A stretch of 64,000 nucleotides of DNA from positions 1 through 64,000 of IMG/VR virus record IMGVR_UViG_3300007177_000055; one strand, written 5' to 3'. The first letter of the stretch is position 1. Every line of letters begins with the position of its first letter. Shown piece by piece: positions 28,375 through 37,921 of this stretch. The notes under the pieces were generated by a model, which saw only the letters and a list, made by a program, of their open reading frames with translations, had not been told where the DNA came from and did no database searches. The stretch is from a virus. Made by a program: the position numbers and the translations under genes.

Positions 28375-29395
28375 AAACAGCCCTCACCGGCACATTCCAG
28401 CGCAGTCCAGCTCCTGCCGCAGTGCCAGAGCCGGTTCCGATTTGTGTGCACATAAACCTTATTGACATCTGAGATTCAAACCGTGGGCTTGCGGCAAACG
28501 TCGCCGAAAACGTTCCGGCCGTGCCATCACTTGATGTTGCTCCAACAGCGATCTGAGGCATTGTGCTGTAAATCGAGGTCCAGACACCGCTGATAAGGCG
28601 CTGAATATCGAAAACGCACGCGGCGCCAGATGGTGCTGTCAGCAACGTCCAGCGAGGAAGCGCCCAAACCTCATCCGTGGATGGCCAGGGCATCGTGAGA
28701 AGTGCAACCGTTTGGCTCGCGGTTAGCGGAGTTGCATCGTCACGATAGGCGAACGGCTGATAATCATCAGTGAGCGCAAGGCTGCCTGATCGATTTGGGG
28801 GCACCCACACACGAGGGGCGGTTATGCCAGTTGCATCAAACGTTCGGGCAAAACCATTCGCGCCAACCCATGAAAATCTACCATTTGCGTCAGAGAATAC
28901 GGTAAAACCTGATGCAGGAGTTGAGGGTGGCTGGGTCTGTGGGACTAATGAAATAAAATTAAGACTGTTTCCTGTTTGTTCAAACGACAACCCGGTGGCG
29001 GCCCATGAGAGCGCGCCGGTTACGGGGTTGTACGACAGCGGTCTTGTGCCACTAAACAGTTGCCGAACTTGAGAAGAGGTAAGATGGCTTTGTGCGGCCA
29101 GGTGATCGGTGAATGCCGAAGTGAGCGCCGCTGGCTGCACAGCCGTCCCCGCGAGAACCGCCGCCGCGTCCCACACGGTCTTGTCCGCCGCCGCCAGCAG
29201 GGCCTGGCCGGCCGGTAGCGCAAACGTGAGGGACACGCTGCCGTTAGTATTCGTGGATTGCGCAGTCCAGCCGGTTGGGCCGGCCAGGGAGACGGATATT
29301 CCTCCCCAAGCAAGTGAACCGTCAGGCTGGCGTGTAGGACTTTGCCCAGGTGTACCAGGCTGTCCGTTAATTAACAGTCCACCTCGAAGATCCAT
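28367..29395 (-). CDS. tail fibre protein
   Basis: Gly/Thr/Ala-rich; LAGTAVQPA and a C-terminal TAPSGA..FDI..QIGT..AGAGL domain. Confidence 0.7.
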   Translation of the reverse strand: MDLRGGLLINGQPGTPGQSPTRQPDGSLAWGGISVSLAGPTGWTAQSTNTNGSVSLTFALPAGQALLAAADKTVWDAAAVLAGTAVQPAALTSAFTDHLAAQSHLTSSQVRQLFSGTRPLSYNPVTGALSWAATGLSFEQTGNSLNFISLVPQTQPPSTPASGFTVFSDANGRFSWVGANGFARTFDATGITAPRVWVPPNRSGSLALTDDYQPFAYRDDATPLTASQTVALLTMPWPSTDEVWALPRWTLLTAPSGAACVFDIQRLISGVWTSIYSTMPQIAVGATSSDGTAGTFSATFAASPRFESQMSIRFMCTQIGTGSGTAAGAGLRWNVPVRAVYG

Positions 29396-29397
29396 TA

Positions 29398-30198
29398 TTA
29401 ACCCAGTATGGTTACTTTAAATTCGTTGACAGCTGGAACAACTCCTTCAAAAGTGAAAGTAACAGCATTTAAAGAAGTAGCTTCCATATTACAATCAATA
29501 CTTGCCCTACTACCGCTGTTTTTGCGAACCCCACTTATAACATCGTAAGAATTAAACCCATGAGTTACAACCCAAATTAACCCACTGCCATCACCTATAT
29601 CAGCAGTAGCTTTAAGCTTACGACCAGACCAATTTCCCAACTTACCAGGAGAAACAAACTTACCATTGACCGTGCCAGCATTAACTTCAGCTTGAGTAGC
29701 TTCAGCTACAACACCAGAAGTTGTCTCAGAAGCAGGAGGAGAAACACTGCCGAAAGGTACCCACGCAATACCAACGCTTCCCAAAGTACCGCTTACAGTG
29801 GTTTGCCTCCAAGTTGTTCCGGCACTAGTGCCCTCATCGACAGTAACAACTGCTGATTTTAACTCTTCTAAAGTATTAGCATCTAACGAGCGAGTCATTG
29901 CAGTTGACGGCCCATTCCATATATAAAGCCCGTTCTCAGAAGCAATGGTCTGATCGTTTAACAGTACACGATCTACACCTGCAACAGCAAAAGTAACTCC
30001 ATTTAGTGAAGAGCCAGGTGCCGCAAGGTTGACATTAGCTGTACTCTTAACACGAACATTGTCTTTAGGCCCTAAACCTTCAATTTGAGCCAAGACAAAC
30101 CTCATGTTTGCCGCATCACCAGGATTTACAGGATCCGGAAGGTTAATCGGAAGGTTAGCATTTAGAAAGTCTAGACTAGCGTTTTGTGGTCTTGGCAT
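29398..30198 (-). CDS. tail/virion structural protein
   Basis: PVNPGDAAN, DRVLL.DQT.ASENGLY.W, ASETTSGV..ATQAEV motifs. Confidence 0.75.
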   Translation of the reverse strand: MPRPQNASLDFLNANLPINLPDPVNPGDAANMRFVLAQIEGLGPKDNVRVKSTANVNLAAPGSSLNGVTFAVAGVDRVLLNDQTIASENGLYIWNGPSTAMTRSLDANTLEELKSAVVTVDEGTSAGTTWRQTTVSGTLGSVGIAWVPFGSVSPPASETTSGVVAEATQAEVNAGTVNGKFVSPGKLGNWSGRKLKATADIGDGSGLIWVVTHGFNSYDVISGVRKNSGSRASIDCNMEATSLNAVTFTFEGVVPAVNEFKVTILG

Positions 30199-30224
30199 AA
30201 CACTTAGGTAGTTAAGAGGACAAC

Positions 30225-30557
30225 TTAAATAAGTCGGGCTTGCCCAGCAGTAGCTGGGTTTAAGGTAATTACAGTTTGGTTAACTGTAGGGTGAGAAATC
30301 TCACCATCAATTTCCTGGCTGCCAGCATTAATTAGCTCAACACTAGGACGATAACCTAACCCGTGGTTAATAACCCAAGTAGTAGTAGGAATGGGCTGCA
30401 GATAAATAAAAGGTGAAAGTCCTGCGGGTCCTTGAGGACCTGGCACCAAGAGCTCAATTGTTTGAGTTTGAAGATCACCTACTTCAACCTGAAGGTCCCC
30501 TACTTCAACTACTTCAACCTGAGGGTTGTCTCCCTGGATTACTTGTACTGTAGACAT
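30225..30557 (-). CDS. virion structural protein (short collagen-like segment)
   Basis: GPQGPAG..WVINHGLGYRPSV; internal 21-bp VEVGDLQ repeat. Confidence 0.7.
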   Translation of the reverse strand: MSTVQVIQGDNPQVEVVEVGDLQVEVGDLQTQTIELLVPGPQGPAGLSPFIYLQPIPTTTWVINHGLGYRPSVELINAGSQEIDGEISHPTVNQTVITLNPATAGQARLI

Positions 30558-30892
30558 CAGTCGTCAGTTAAACCCTCTTTAATAGTGTACCGACCTTTTA
30601 ACCAAAAATACTCTCGACCTGAAGGTTCTATCAACTTAACGTCGTAGACTCCAGAGTTAATTAAGTTGCTAGTTTGAGCAGAGCTTAAAAAAAGAGTAAC
30701 TTCACCTGATTCATCTGGCCCTCGTAGAATCTGAAAAGAATCAACTTTATAGGTACGGTCTAAATCCCACAACTGAGCTAGAACTACATAGCCACTAAGG
30801 TTTAAAGGAACTCCTGCAGCCTTAAACCTTAGAAGTCTGTCAAAAGTTGACTTTCGATAAATAGTTAAGGGCAGCGTACCTGGAGTAATCAT
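30557..30892 (-). CDS. virion structural protein (BppU-N-like)
   Basis: PLNLSGY...AQ..G..TL.LS..QT..VYDV.L..WLKG. Confidence 0.7.
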   Translation of the reverse strand: MITPGTLPLTIYRKSTFDRLLRFKAAGVPLNLSGYVVLAQLWDLDRTYKVDSFQILRGPDESGEVTLFLSSAQTSNLINSGVYDVKLIEPSGREYFWLKGRYTIKEGLTDD

Positions 30893-31026
30893 TGTTAATC
30901 GACCCTACTACAAGCAGTCTAACCTTAAAACTTTCAGGAGCACTTAGTAAATGACTCAGAACCACGGGCACAGACTAAACAAAGTAAACCGTACGGAATA
31001 AATATTCATACAGACCCAGCAGTACA

Positions 31027-31794
31027 ATGCCATTAACAGCAAAAGCAACACTCAGATTTCCCTCTGGATATAGTGTACCTCTTGAAGTACCCTCAGCTGA
31101 TGTTAGAAGAGCAAACAGCAGTACCAGAGAAATTCGAGCGGTATTAGTGCTAGAAGAAACCCTAGCGTTAAATACAAAAGAACTTAATAGAATTACCAAA
31201 AACTGGCATCAAAAAGCAGTAGCTAGCAGAACTAAGCAGACTATTTCTGTTAACCAGCCTAAACTGCGTAAAGGAAAAGCTGAAACCTCACCTACAAAAA
31301 GCACCAAAGCTACAGCCAACGTAGGTATAAAAGAGTTTGTAAAGCGCAGTGAAAATTCTTATAAAACAGCTGCAGCTGCAGTGTCTACCGAACTAACAGC
31401 TGTTCAACCTACTGCCAGTCATAAAGTTGAACGGGTTACAGCTATAACATTTACCCGCAACACACCAGCTGGGCGGGGAAGCACTAAAGAAATCAAAGAT
31501 TCTAAGGGAAACATTTATCCTAACGCTGCGTCTGCAGCAGCAGCTTTTGGTGTTAGTCGCTGGTTAATCTATTGGGTTATTTCTAAACGCAACGGCCGAC
31601 TGTCTAAAGATTTAGTAATTGGCTACACAGGTAGATTAACTCCACGATGGTTTTACCGCTCCAGAATTTCTGGAAAAACTTACAGTAGTATCTTTCTAGC
31701 ATCTAAAGGCGAGGCCGTTTCTTCGGGGAAAATCTTTTCTAACCTTAAACAACCCGAAGATCAGATAGAATGGGAAGTACTTGCGCCGTCATAA
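31027..31794 (+). CDS. basic DNA-binding protein with two NUMOD1-like HTH repeats
   Basis: GNIYPNAASAAAAFGVS and GKTYSSIFLASK repeats. Confidence 0.6.
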   Translation: MPLTAKATLRFPSGYSVPLEVPSADVRRANSSTREIRAVLVLEETLALNTKELNRITKNWHQKAVASRTKQTISVNQPKLRKGKAETSPTKSTKATANVGIKEFVKRSENSYKTAAAAVSTELTAVQPTASHKVERVTAITFTRNTPAGRGSTKEIKDSKGNIYPNAASAAAAFGVSRWLIYWVISKRNGRLSKDLVIGYTGRLTPRWFYRSRISGKTYSSIFLASKGEAVSSGKIFSNLKQPEDQIEWEVLAPS

Positions 31795-32282
31795 TGATAG
31801 AAGTTTATGCTTTCTCTCGACTAAAGAAAATAACAGAGAAAGCGTGTATCAACCACGAGTTTGAAACACACGTTTTTAACACCCACAATAAATGCCATGC
31901 AGAATGGATAAAACCTTGTGTAGCTAATCGCCATTATCAAGCCTCAGCTATGTACCAATTTACTGTAGGTACCGAATCACAGTTTGAAGCCTGGAGAGAA
32001 AGCCTTTGTCTGTTATGCCATAAATGTAGCTTAAGAGACTTTTTAGCTGTTTGCACACCTAACAATTATTTTTACGTATTACTAACTTGCTCTTCCGTAG
32101 AAACCTTCTTGGGATCAACAGTATGTAAGTCTTTATACGAAGACTTTGTTAGGTTTTGGCCTGAGCTAAATAACTTGCACTGCGAAAACCTAGAAACAGC
32201 CCAGTATTTTATAAACAAGTACATAGAATGGCAACACGCTAGTTGGGTTGCTTCAAAAAGAGGCTGCCTAGAATTTGGTTAA
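31794..32282 (+). CDS. hypothetical protein
   Basis: Cys-rich ORF coupled to the previous gene. Confidence 0.55.
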   Translation: MIEVYAFSRLKKITEKACINHEFETHVFNTHNKCHAEWIKPCVANRHYQASAMYQFTVGTESQFEAWRESLCLLCHKCSLRDFLAVCTPNNYFYVLLTCSSVETFLGSTVCKSLYEDFVRFWPELNNLHCENLETAQYFINKYIEWQHASWVASKRGCLEFG

Positions 32283-32354
32283 AATTTACACACAAAGTCA
32301 ATCAACACCCAGCAAAGACTGTTCCCCGCTTAAAATCAAATTCTGTTTGTATTG

Positions 32355-32684
32355 ATGATCAAACTACTTACTGCTTTTGTAATTGTCTTAACCGCAGCCA
32401 AACCTGCTACAGCTTCAACAGTTATAGCCAGTATTTACCACCCTTGGTATAACGGTCGACCTACAGCTTCAGGAGAACTGTTTCGTTATTATGGGCTTTC
32501 CGCAGCTCATCCCTGGTTACCTTTTGGTAAATACCGTGTTAGTTACCGAGGTAGATCGGTAAATCTAAGAATCAATGACCGACTAGAGCTAAACCGTCTC
32601 GACCTTTCGTGTGGGGCAGCACAGATACTATTTGGTTCTTGCAGAGACAACCTAGCCCCAGTTACGTACACCCGAATTGACTAA
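32355..32684 (+). CDS. rlpA: RlpA-like double-psi beta-barrel lytic transglycosylase
   Basis: Signal peptide, AS.Y...NGRPTASGE, AAHPWLPFG, INDR, LDLS. Confidence 0.88.
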   Translation: MIKLLTAFVIVLTAAKPATASTVIASIYHPWYNGRPTASGELFRYYGLSAAHPWLPFGKYRVSYRGRSVNLRINDRLELNRLDLSCGAAQILFGSCRDNLAPVTYTRID

Positions 32685-32911
32685 CTATCGAGAGTCTCTT
32701 CTGGTACCAAAGAGGACTTTTTCTTAGATAAGCTTAAAGCCACTGCGCCACCACCGGCGACAGCACCTAAAGATCCAGACACTACCATTTCTACTATACG
32801 GCCATACTGAACGGCAAATTTCTCACTGCTGTAAGCCACTACAGAAGCTCCTGTAATTGCAATAACCAAAGATACGGATAAACCTAATAGTAAAGGATTA
32901 GGTAACGACAT
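32681..32911 (-). CDS. small two-TM membrane protein (holin-like candidate)
   Basis: Two hydrophobic helices and a basic C-terminus. Confidence 0.5.
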   Translation of the reverse strand: MSLPNPLLLGLSVSLVIAITGASVVAYSSEKFAVQYGRIVEMVVSGSLGAVAGGGAVALSLSKKKSSLVPEETLDS

Positions 32912-32991
32912 AAACTTCCCGCAGCTGTCACTAGTGTAGACTCCCTAACTCAGAATGCCAAAGAGTTAAAACTCAACTAAACTCACTTAAT

Positions 32992-33003
32992 TAAAACAAA
33001 GTA
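32992..33003 (+). promoter_or_regulatory. recurrent TA(A)AACAAAGTA motif (representative copy)
   Basis: Copies at 14645, 21930, 30976, 32992, 41984, 46786 and variants at 54094 and 6947, all on + and mostly just upstream of + strand genes. Confidence 0.55.
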
Positions 33004-33080
33004 TAGCGTCTGGTAAAGTTAGGTGAACTGGCTTTAGCAAGGCCGGTATGCCATAATTTACTTACTCTTGGAGCAAACTC

Positions 33081-33515
33081 ATGTCCACCAATTCCATTAC
33101 ACCTGAAATGAACAACCCCCGTTTGGAAGCTCTTACTCGCTTGAGCTCCCAACTAACTACAACTGGTTTTGAGAAAGTAACCGTTAACTTTAGCGGCCAA
33201 AACGCCAATTCAGTACTAGAAGAACCTAAGTTCTTTCGTACTGGCTTAGACGAAGCAGTAACCGCTGCTGATGTTGCAACTGTATTTAACGGTACAACGG
33301 TAGACACCTCAGTCATTATAGAAGCAGTTAGCCGAGCACTTGAAAATAGCTATCCGTTCTGGTCCGACCTTGTTGGTGCGTACGGTACGGTCAGCTACTA
33401 CCCCGGCCAGTTTGGGATGTACATTAAGATCCAAAGAATGATCATTACTACCCATGAAAGTAACCTTACCCGTAACACCCTGGAGTCACTGTATCCTAAA
33501 GTAAAAGCTGCCTGA
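33081..33515 (+). CDS. hypothetical protein (DUF6878-like?)
   Basis: V.V.FSG..W....GAYGTV pattern. Confidence 0.55.
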   Translation: MSTNSITPEMNNPRLEALTRLSSQLTTTGFEKVTVNFSGQNANSVLEEPKFFRTGLDEAVTAADVATVFNGTTVDTSVIIEAVSRALENSYPFWSDLVGAYGTVSYYPGQFGMYIKIQRMIITTHESNLTRNTLESLYPKVKAA

Positions 33516-33535
33516 TTAGACCCAACCCACGTTAT

Positions 33536-33556
33536 AGGGGGTTGCACCCCCTTTTT
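33536..33556 (+). terminator. hairpin/terminator just before the Ubl gene
   Basis: AGGGGGT-TGC-ACCCCCT-TTTT. Confidence 0.6.
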
Positions 33557-33558
33557 CT

Positions 33559-33912
33559 ATGCCAAACCTCTTTGAGACCTCAGCTTCCTTTGAAGAGGAA
33601 GACTTTACAGATGAAGCCGTCGCAGTCAGCTCTTTTGATGGCACAAGGCAAATCTCCTTAAAATATGGAACCGAAACTGTATACGTAGACCTTACGCTGT
33701 CTACCTACGCTGGCAAGACTTTGGCCCAAATCGCTGCTCTGCGAGCAGACGACTTAGGTTTTAGTCGCGATGCTTCTCGACTAAACTACCGCCGTGGGGG
33801 AGAGTCTATCGAACCCTCATTTATCCCTAAACCTGGGATGTCTTTTGTTCTTAGCACTTCTGTTGATACTAAGGGCCAGCCAGATAGTAAAGGCGGTTTT
33901 CAGTCAGTCTGA
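33559..33912 (+). CDS. prokaryotic ubiquitin-like (beta-grasp) protein with C-terminal extension
   Basis: ISLKYG / VYVDL / GKTLAQIA..DLGF / LNYRRGG / PKPGMSFVL beta-grasp pattern ending VDTKG-QPDSKGG-FQSV; acidic N-terminal leader. Confidence 0.7.
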   Translation: MPNLFETSASFEEEDFTDEAVAVSSFDGTRQISLKYGTETVYVDLTLSTYAGKTLAQIAALRADDLGFSRDASRLNYRRGGESIEPSFIPKPGMSFVLSTSVDTKGQPDSKGGFQSV

Positions 33913-33980
33913 AATAAAACCAAGCATACTTAGCACTCTGGTAACACAGAGTGCTATTGTATGTTTACTTGTCTAAAAAT

Positions 33981-35759
33981 ATGGCTAGGCTTTCTAGGGA
34001 CAGTTTTGGAGCTTATCTAAAAGAAATCGGTAGGTTTGAGCTCCTCAGTAAAAAAGACGAACAAGAACTTGGAAGCCTAGTTCAGCTGGGTGAACAACTT
34101 TTAAGCATCAAAAAACAAAATTCGGGTATCCAGACTCTAGAAGAACACGCTAATGCTGCCGGACTAACAACAAAAGAGTTACAACGCACTCTAATAAAAG
34201 CTAAAAGAGCTAAAGATAAATTGATCAAGCACAACTTACGATTAGTAGTTTCTATAGCTAAAAGATACACCAATCGTGGCGTGTCTATGGTTGATTTAGT
34301 TCAAGAAGGCACTATAGGTCTTAACCGGGCAGTCGAAAAGTTTGACCCTAAAAAGGGGTTTAAGTTCTCTACCTACGCTTGTGTACCTTTAACTACTGAG
34401 ATACTTACTCAACGAGGCTGGTTAAAGTTCCACGAACTTGAACCTGGTGATCAAACCATTGGATACGATCAAGGCGTAAGTAAGTGGACACGCATTTTAG
34501 GAAGCAAAGTTTATGGCAAAGCTCCTCTAGTAACCTTTGGAGACTCCAAGTGGTCAGTAGAGTGTACTGGCCAACATAAATGGATTGTGAATGACGAAGG
34601 TACTACAAAGCTAATACCACTAAAAGAAATTGACTTTAAAAAAGACTCTACCAGGTTAGTAACTTCTGCTAGTTTTGTCGGTGGAGATAACCCAATGACT
34701 GCAAAGGAAGCTGCTTGGATAGCCGAAGTAATTTCAGTCAGCAAACCTAAAGAAGATCAACCGGACAATGCCAGCCTATCTGATCTAGTACTAAGTCTAA
34801 AACCAGCGGCACGTAAGGCCTGGTTTGAAGTGTGGTGTAACTCAAGCAGACCTCGTTCTGTTGAGGAAACGCAAGCTTTAGCACTTTGTGCTTTTTTAGA
34901 AGGGCACTCTAAAGTTAGAGTCAACGAACAAACAGTAGAGTGGACAGTAGAGTTTAACGGTCCGGGCTCTCTTTTTATAGAAGATGTTGAAAACGTTAAC
35001 CAGAAAACTTACTCTCAAATTTTCAGCCCTCCTACCATAAAAGCTTGTGGCAGCGCACCTGTTTGGTGTCCTAATACTGAACTAGGTACCTGGACTGCTA
35101 GGACTCCGGAAGGCAGAATATTCTTAACAGGTAACACTTGGTGGGTAAGACAAGGCATTACCCGAGCAGTAGCTTTACATTCCAGAACTATACGTTTACC
35201 AGTACATATCTTTGAAAGACTTAATAAAATAAAAAAGGCAACTCGAACACTGTCACAACAAAACGGTAGACAACCAAGCATCTTTGAAATTGCCTCTTTT
35301 ATAGAAGAACCTATAAATAAAGTGCTAAAGTTAATGCAGTACTCGAAAGTAATTAGGTCGACAGACTCCTTGTTGAGCGATTCTACAGGAACCAGTTGCT
35401 TAAGAGACTTTTTAATAGACGAGATTACCCCAACACCTGAAGAAGTAGTCGAGCGAGAATTAAACGCCGTTTATATCAAAAAACTCCTTAAAGGGTTAAC
35501 AGAACAAGAAGCTTACATAATCAAAAAGCGTTATGGTATAGACCTAGAGTATCCCGTACCTCTAAAAGAAATAGGAGTAGCCCTAGATATTACTACTGAA
35601 CGAGTAAGACAAATAGAACGCAGGGCATTAGAAAAGTTAAAAGAAACCCATTTGTTTCATGAAAAACATCACCCTAAACTTAAGCGCAATACCTTAATGG
35701 GAAAAAGCGGAGTTACATACAAACCAACTGAGGTTACAAAACTTGAAGTAGACTCATAA
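33981..35759 (+). CDS. rpoD: RpoD/sigma70-family sigma factor containing an intein
   Basis: YLKEIGR, HNLRLVVSIAKRY, DLVQEGTIGLNRAVEKFDP..GFKFSTYA|intein|TWWVRQGITRA, SRTIRLPVH, ERVRQIE. Confidence 0.93.
   Translation: MARLSRDSFGAYLKEIGRFELLSKKDEQELGSLVQLGEQLLSIKKQNSGIQTLEEHANAAGLTTKELQRTLIKAKRAKDKLIKHNLRLVVSIAKRYTNRGVSMVDLVQEGTIGLNRAVEKFDPKKGFKFSTYACVPLTTEILTQRGWLKFHELEPGDQTIGYDQGVSKWTRILGSKVYGKAPLVTFGDSKWSVECTGQHKWIVNDEGTTKLIPLKEIDFKKDSTRLVTSASFVGGDNPMTAKEAAWIAEVISVSKPKEDQPDNASLSDLVLSLKPAARKAWFEVWCNSSRPRSVEETQALALCAFLEGHSKVRVNEQTVEWTVEFNGPGSLFIEDVENVNQKTYSQIFSPPTIKACGSAPVWCPNTELGTWTARTPEGRIFLTGNTWWVRQGITRAVALHSRTIRLPVHIFERLNKIKKATRTLSQQNGRQPSIFEIASFIEEPINKVLKLMQYSKVIRSTDSLLSDSTGTSCLRDFLIDEITPTPEEVVERELNAVYIKKLLKGLTEQEAYIIKKRYGIDLEYPVPLKEIGVALDITTERVRQIERRALEKLKETHLFHEKHHPKLKRNTLMGKSGVTYKPTEVTKLEVDS
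34380..35135 (+). mobile_element. 252-aa intein in sigma region 2.3
   Basis: Starts CVPLTTEILTQRGW, has block B CTGQHKW, ends VWCPNTELGTW..IFLTGN, +1 residue Thr. Removal restores FSTYATWW. Confidence 0.92.
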
Positions 35760-35762
35760 GTA

Positions 35763-36095
35763 GTGGGCTGTTGTATGTATCATCATCCTTTAGCTACTTA
35801 TGGCTCTTCTCAAGAAGAAGTAGAAGAATGTAATGCTTGGGGTTTTGCTTCAGGGTTAACTCATTCATACTTTGAATCGGAAGACCCTTTTGCAGGATTT
35901 TCTCTGCTAGCTCTTTTAAAAGACTCATCAGCTCCAGGTTCTCACTATAGAGCGTTAATCAGAGACTACAAAAAGTTTAAGACTACAGCTGTCCTTAGGG
36001 AAATACAGTGCTTACTAGCAACGGCTATAGAAGAAAGTGAAAATGGCGCAGATTTAGAAATTTTTTCATTACCACAAGACGTAGATGAATTTTGA
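35763..36095 (+). CDS. hypothetical protein
   Basis: ORF directly after the sigma gene. Confidence 0.5.
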   Translation: MGCCMYHHPLATYGSSQEEVEECNAWGFASGLTHSYFESEDPFAGFSLLALLKDSSAPGSHYRALIRDYKKFKTTAVLREIQCLLATAIEESENGADLEIFSLPQDVDEF

Positions 36096-36159
36096 TTAAG
36101 TCTTAAGTCTTAAAGCTTAACTAACTACAGATACACTGATAATATACGCTTGCACAACC

Positions 36160-36432
36160 GTGGCAGACGAGCCTAAAGAAGTTGCAGTAACAGGCGAGTT
36201 AAAGTATCTTGCCTACGGCATAGGCATAATTGTTGTGTCTACAGCTCTAATAGGTTGCTTTTCGTTTGCATGGCAAGTCTCTCTGCAACTTAATTCAGCT
36301 ACTCAAGAAATAAAATCTTTAACAGCTACGGTAAACGAACTCAAAACAGAACTAAATACGCTCAAAAAAGAACACGAATCTAACAAAGAACAAACTCAGG
36401 AACGCTTGAATGAACTACGTTTACGCCCCTAA
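36160..36432 (+). CDS. TM + coiled-coil protein
   Basis: One TM helix followed by heptad repeats. Confidence 0.6.
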   Translation: MADEPKEVAVTGELKYLAYGIGIIVVSTALIGCFSFAWQVSLQLNSATQEIKSLTATVNELKTELNTLKKEHESNKEQTQERLNELRLRP

Positions 36433-36896
36433 ACAATAAAGTAAAGGGTTTTGGGATCGGTAGTTAAAGTGTTATAAACAGCTTGAGTGCAAAAAACCAT
36501 ATTTTCTATACGGTTAGTCCCTAAAACGGTATTACTGACTACTACATTTGCAGGAACTACGGCTTCCCATCCTTCTGTAGTACCGTTTGTGTTTACTAAA
36601 AACTGTTTAGTGTCTGGTTGGTACCAAAGCTCACCTGTATAGTCTAAAGTTCCGCCGTCCTGGAACTGGTCTGGCCTTAAACCTGAATTACCTATGTAAG
36701 TATTTCCAATACGAATGACTTTATCTGAAGGATTTGTAACCGCAGTTGAACCTACTCTTAAAAACAAACCTAAAGAAGTTCTTATTAGGTTTGCCCCTGA
36801 ACGATGGTTAACTACAGGTTCAGCTCTTGCAAACTCACTTAATCGCGGTACGCGATTAGATGTATGAGTTTCTTTTAGGATAAATTCGTTAGGCAT
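36429..36896 (-). CDS. short tail-fibre-like protein
   Basis: N-terminus shared with 37921..41499; C-terminal TQAVYNTLTTDPKTLYFIV. Confidence 0.7.
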   Translation of the reverse strand: MPNEFILKETHTSNRVPRLSEFARAEPVVNHRSGANLIRTSLGLFLRVGSTAVTNPSDKVIRIGNTYIGNSGLRPDQFQDGGTLDYTGELWYQPDTKQFLVNTNGTTEGWEAVVPANVVVSNTVLGTNRIENMVFCTQAVYNTLTTDPKTLYFIV

Positions 36897-36916
36897 GGTG
36901 TTAACTCGCAGTTAAT

Positions 36917-37603
36917 TTAAGGGTTTGGCGGCCAAGACCTAAAAGCTTCAGATTTAACTAGAGTGTTTAAAGCTACTTTACTAGTTACTTGTTGAACTTG
37001 ACTAATTTTAGCCTGAGCAGCTGACCTGACCGACGCTCTCCATAAAGTGACACTTTCTGGAATTAACTGGTTAGTCTCTAGTTGTCGAACAACATACCAA
37101 TCAGTAGGTTGCAGTATTTCATAAGCTTGTTTATTGAGCTCCAACAAAAAATTTTGCTTAGCTTCTGATAGTTTAAGGCTAGGTGAAAAACACGACCATA
37201 TAAAATGCTGGCCTGTCCAGTACAACTCAGAATATTCATCTGGTTTTGATGAAGGTACTTCTTCAGTGGTATCTGCAGGTTGAGGCCAACCTACACTAGT
37301 AACTACTACCGGTGCACCTAACTTTAATTCTGGCTTATCTACTGTAGAGTAGTAAGTTTTAGGGTTGTTTTTAGCCTCTAGTGCCAAGAGTGCCTGATTT
37401 AGTATAACTTCGTAGTCTTCAAGAGACTCCAAGTCCTCTAGAACTAACTCATCAGCAACTACTCTAGCTACTACCCCTAAACCCCTAGTTTGGTCAAACT
37501 CTACACTGTTTACATCTTTAGGAACGCTGCTAAAGTCAAGGTCTTTTACGCAATCATCTCCTATGAAAACTAATTTCTGCCTAGGCTTTAAACAAATAAG
37601 CAT
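36917..37603 (-). CDS. tail fibre assembly/chaperone-like protein
   Basis: ILQPTDWYVVRQ.E..IP..V..WRA.VR..WP motif. Confidence 0.75.
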   Translation of the reverse strand: MLICLKPRQKLVFIGDDCVKDLDFSSVPKDVNSVEFDQTRGLGVVARVVADELVLEDLESLEDYEVILNQALLALEAKNNPKTYYSTVDKPELKLGAPVVVTSVGWPQPADTTEEVPSSKPDEYSELYWTGQHFIWSCFSPSLKLSEAKQNFLLELNKQAYEILQPTDWYVVRQLETNQLIPESVTLWRASVRSAAQAKISQVQQVTSKVALNTLVKSEAFRSWPPNP

Positions 37604-37609
37604 AATGGC

Positions 37610-37921
37610 TTAGGGTAAGATTTTTACACTGGCTGGTTCAATACTAGGTGAACCTTGAAAAGCACACAACAGTGCTCTACTAGTCTTGCTAAGAGTTTGG
37701 TCTACTTCGTTCCTTAATGCGTCTACACTAGCAGCTGTCTGCCTTTGTTTGTTGGCGTTTTCAATCACCAAAGTAGGCAGCCATGCAACAGCACAAGCCC
37801 AATCGTCTACCTCTTCACCAGTGTTTGGATTAGTTCCTCTGACTTGGGTAAACCAAGCACATTGTAAGCCAACACAGTCTTTTTTTATAAGGGGACAAAA
37901 TTTACCAGCTTCTAGTTTCAT
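37610..37921 (-). CDS. conserved cyanophage Cys-rich protein
   Basis: CPLIKKDC.GLQCAWF..RGTNPNTGEEVD.W.CA.AWLP..IEN..RQT.A.V..RNE. Confidence 0.8.
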   Translation of the reverse strand: MKLEAGKFCPLIKKDCVGLQCAWFTQVRGTNPNTGEEVDDWACAVAWLPTLVIENANKQRQTAASVDALRNEVDQTLSKTSRALLCAFQGSPSIEPASVKILP

